This document shows, piece by piece, positions 63,884-64,000 of a stretch of DNA of 64,000 bases; position 1 is the stretch's first letter, and every line of letters starts with the position of its first letter. This DNA is from an uncultured delta proteobacterium (GTDB lineage: Bacteria; Desulfobacterota; Binatia; HRBIN30; BPIQ01). Below the pieces are notes generated by a model, which saw only the letters and a list, made by a program, of their open reading frames with translations, did no database searches and was not told where the DNA came from. The translations under genes and the position numbers were made by a program. The stretch lies in NCBI GenBank assembly GCA_963761335.1, contig CAVXGR010000018.1:160001-224000 (forward strand), given 5' to 3'.

Positions 63884-64000
63884 CTCTTCCCCTTGCCTCG
63901 AGGCGCGCCGTGGCGCGGCGCGGCGCCGTCGAGGAACGCCGAGACCGCCAGCTGCGGCAGCTCGTCGAGAGTCGGCCACGCCCTCTCGGAGCCCCAGTGC
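63880..64000 (-). CDS. 3' end of upstream gene, possibly a TetR-family regulator (partial)
   Basis: HWGSERAWPTLDELPQLAVSAFLDGAAP...KGKR*; stop overlaps the methyltransferase ATG. Confidence 0.45.
   Translation of the reverse strand, partial: HWGSERAWPTLDELPQLAVSAFLDGAAPRHGAPRGKGKR

Overview
High-GC bacterial chromosome window. Gene order (xerC-hslV-hslU-argB-argD-argF-argG; priA-def-fmt-rsmB-rpe) suggests a deltaproteobacterium-like organism, possibly Candidatus Binatia (inference). Most of it is housekeeping or metabolic: prkA-yeaH-spoVR, three USPs, arginine biosynthesis, tat, aguBA, treT, ychF, an NSS transporter, uppP, plsY, three enoyl-CoA hydratases, tRNA-Gly(GCC) and tRNA-Pro(CGG). 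I found no CRISPR array, rRNA, prophage or intact transposase. The most notable loci are: (1) a coupled operon at the right end with a TetR-like 3' end, a SAM methyltransferase and a fused HgcAB-like corrinoid/membrane/ferredoxin protein; (2) a triple-tandem substrate-binding protein coupled to a STAS protein whose C-terminus resembles acetolactate decarboxylase; (3) a sigma54-type promoter ahead of an unlisted 56-aa ORF followed by an anti-SD-loop hairpin; (4) an FtsH with an in-frame internal deletion; (5) a solo DGQHR protein converging on a degenerate PD-(D/E)XK protein; (6) several families of intergenic REP, MITE and short-period inverted repeats. All family calls come from motif recognition by eye, not from database searches.
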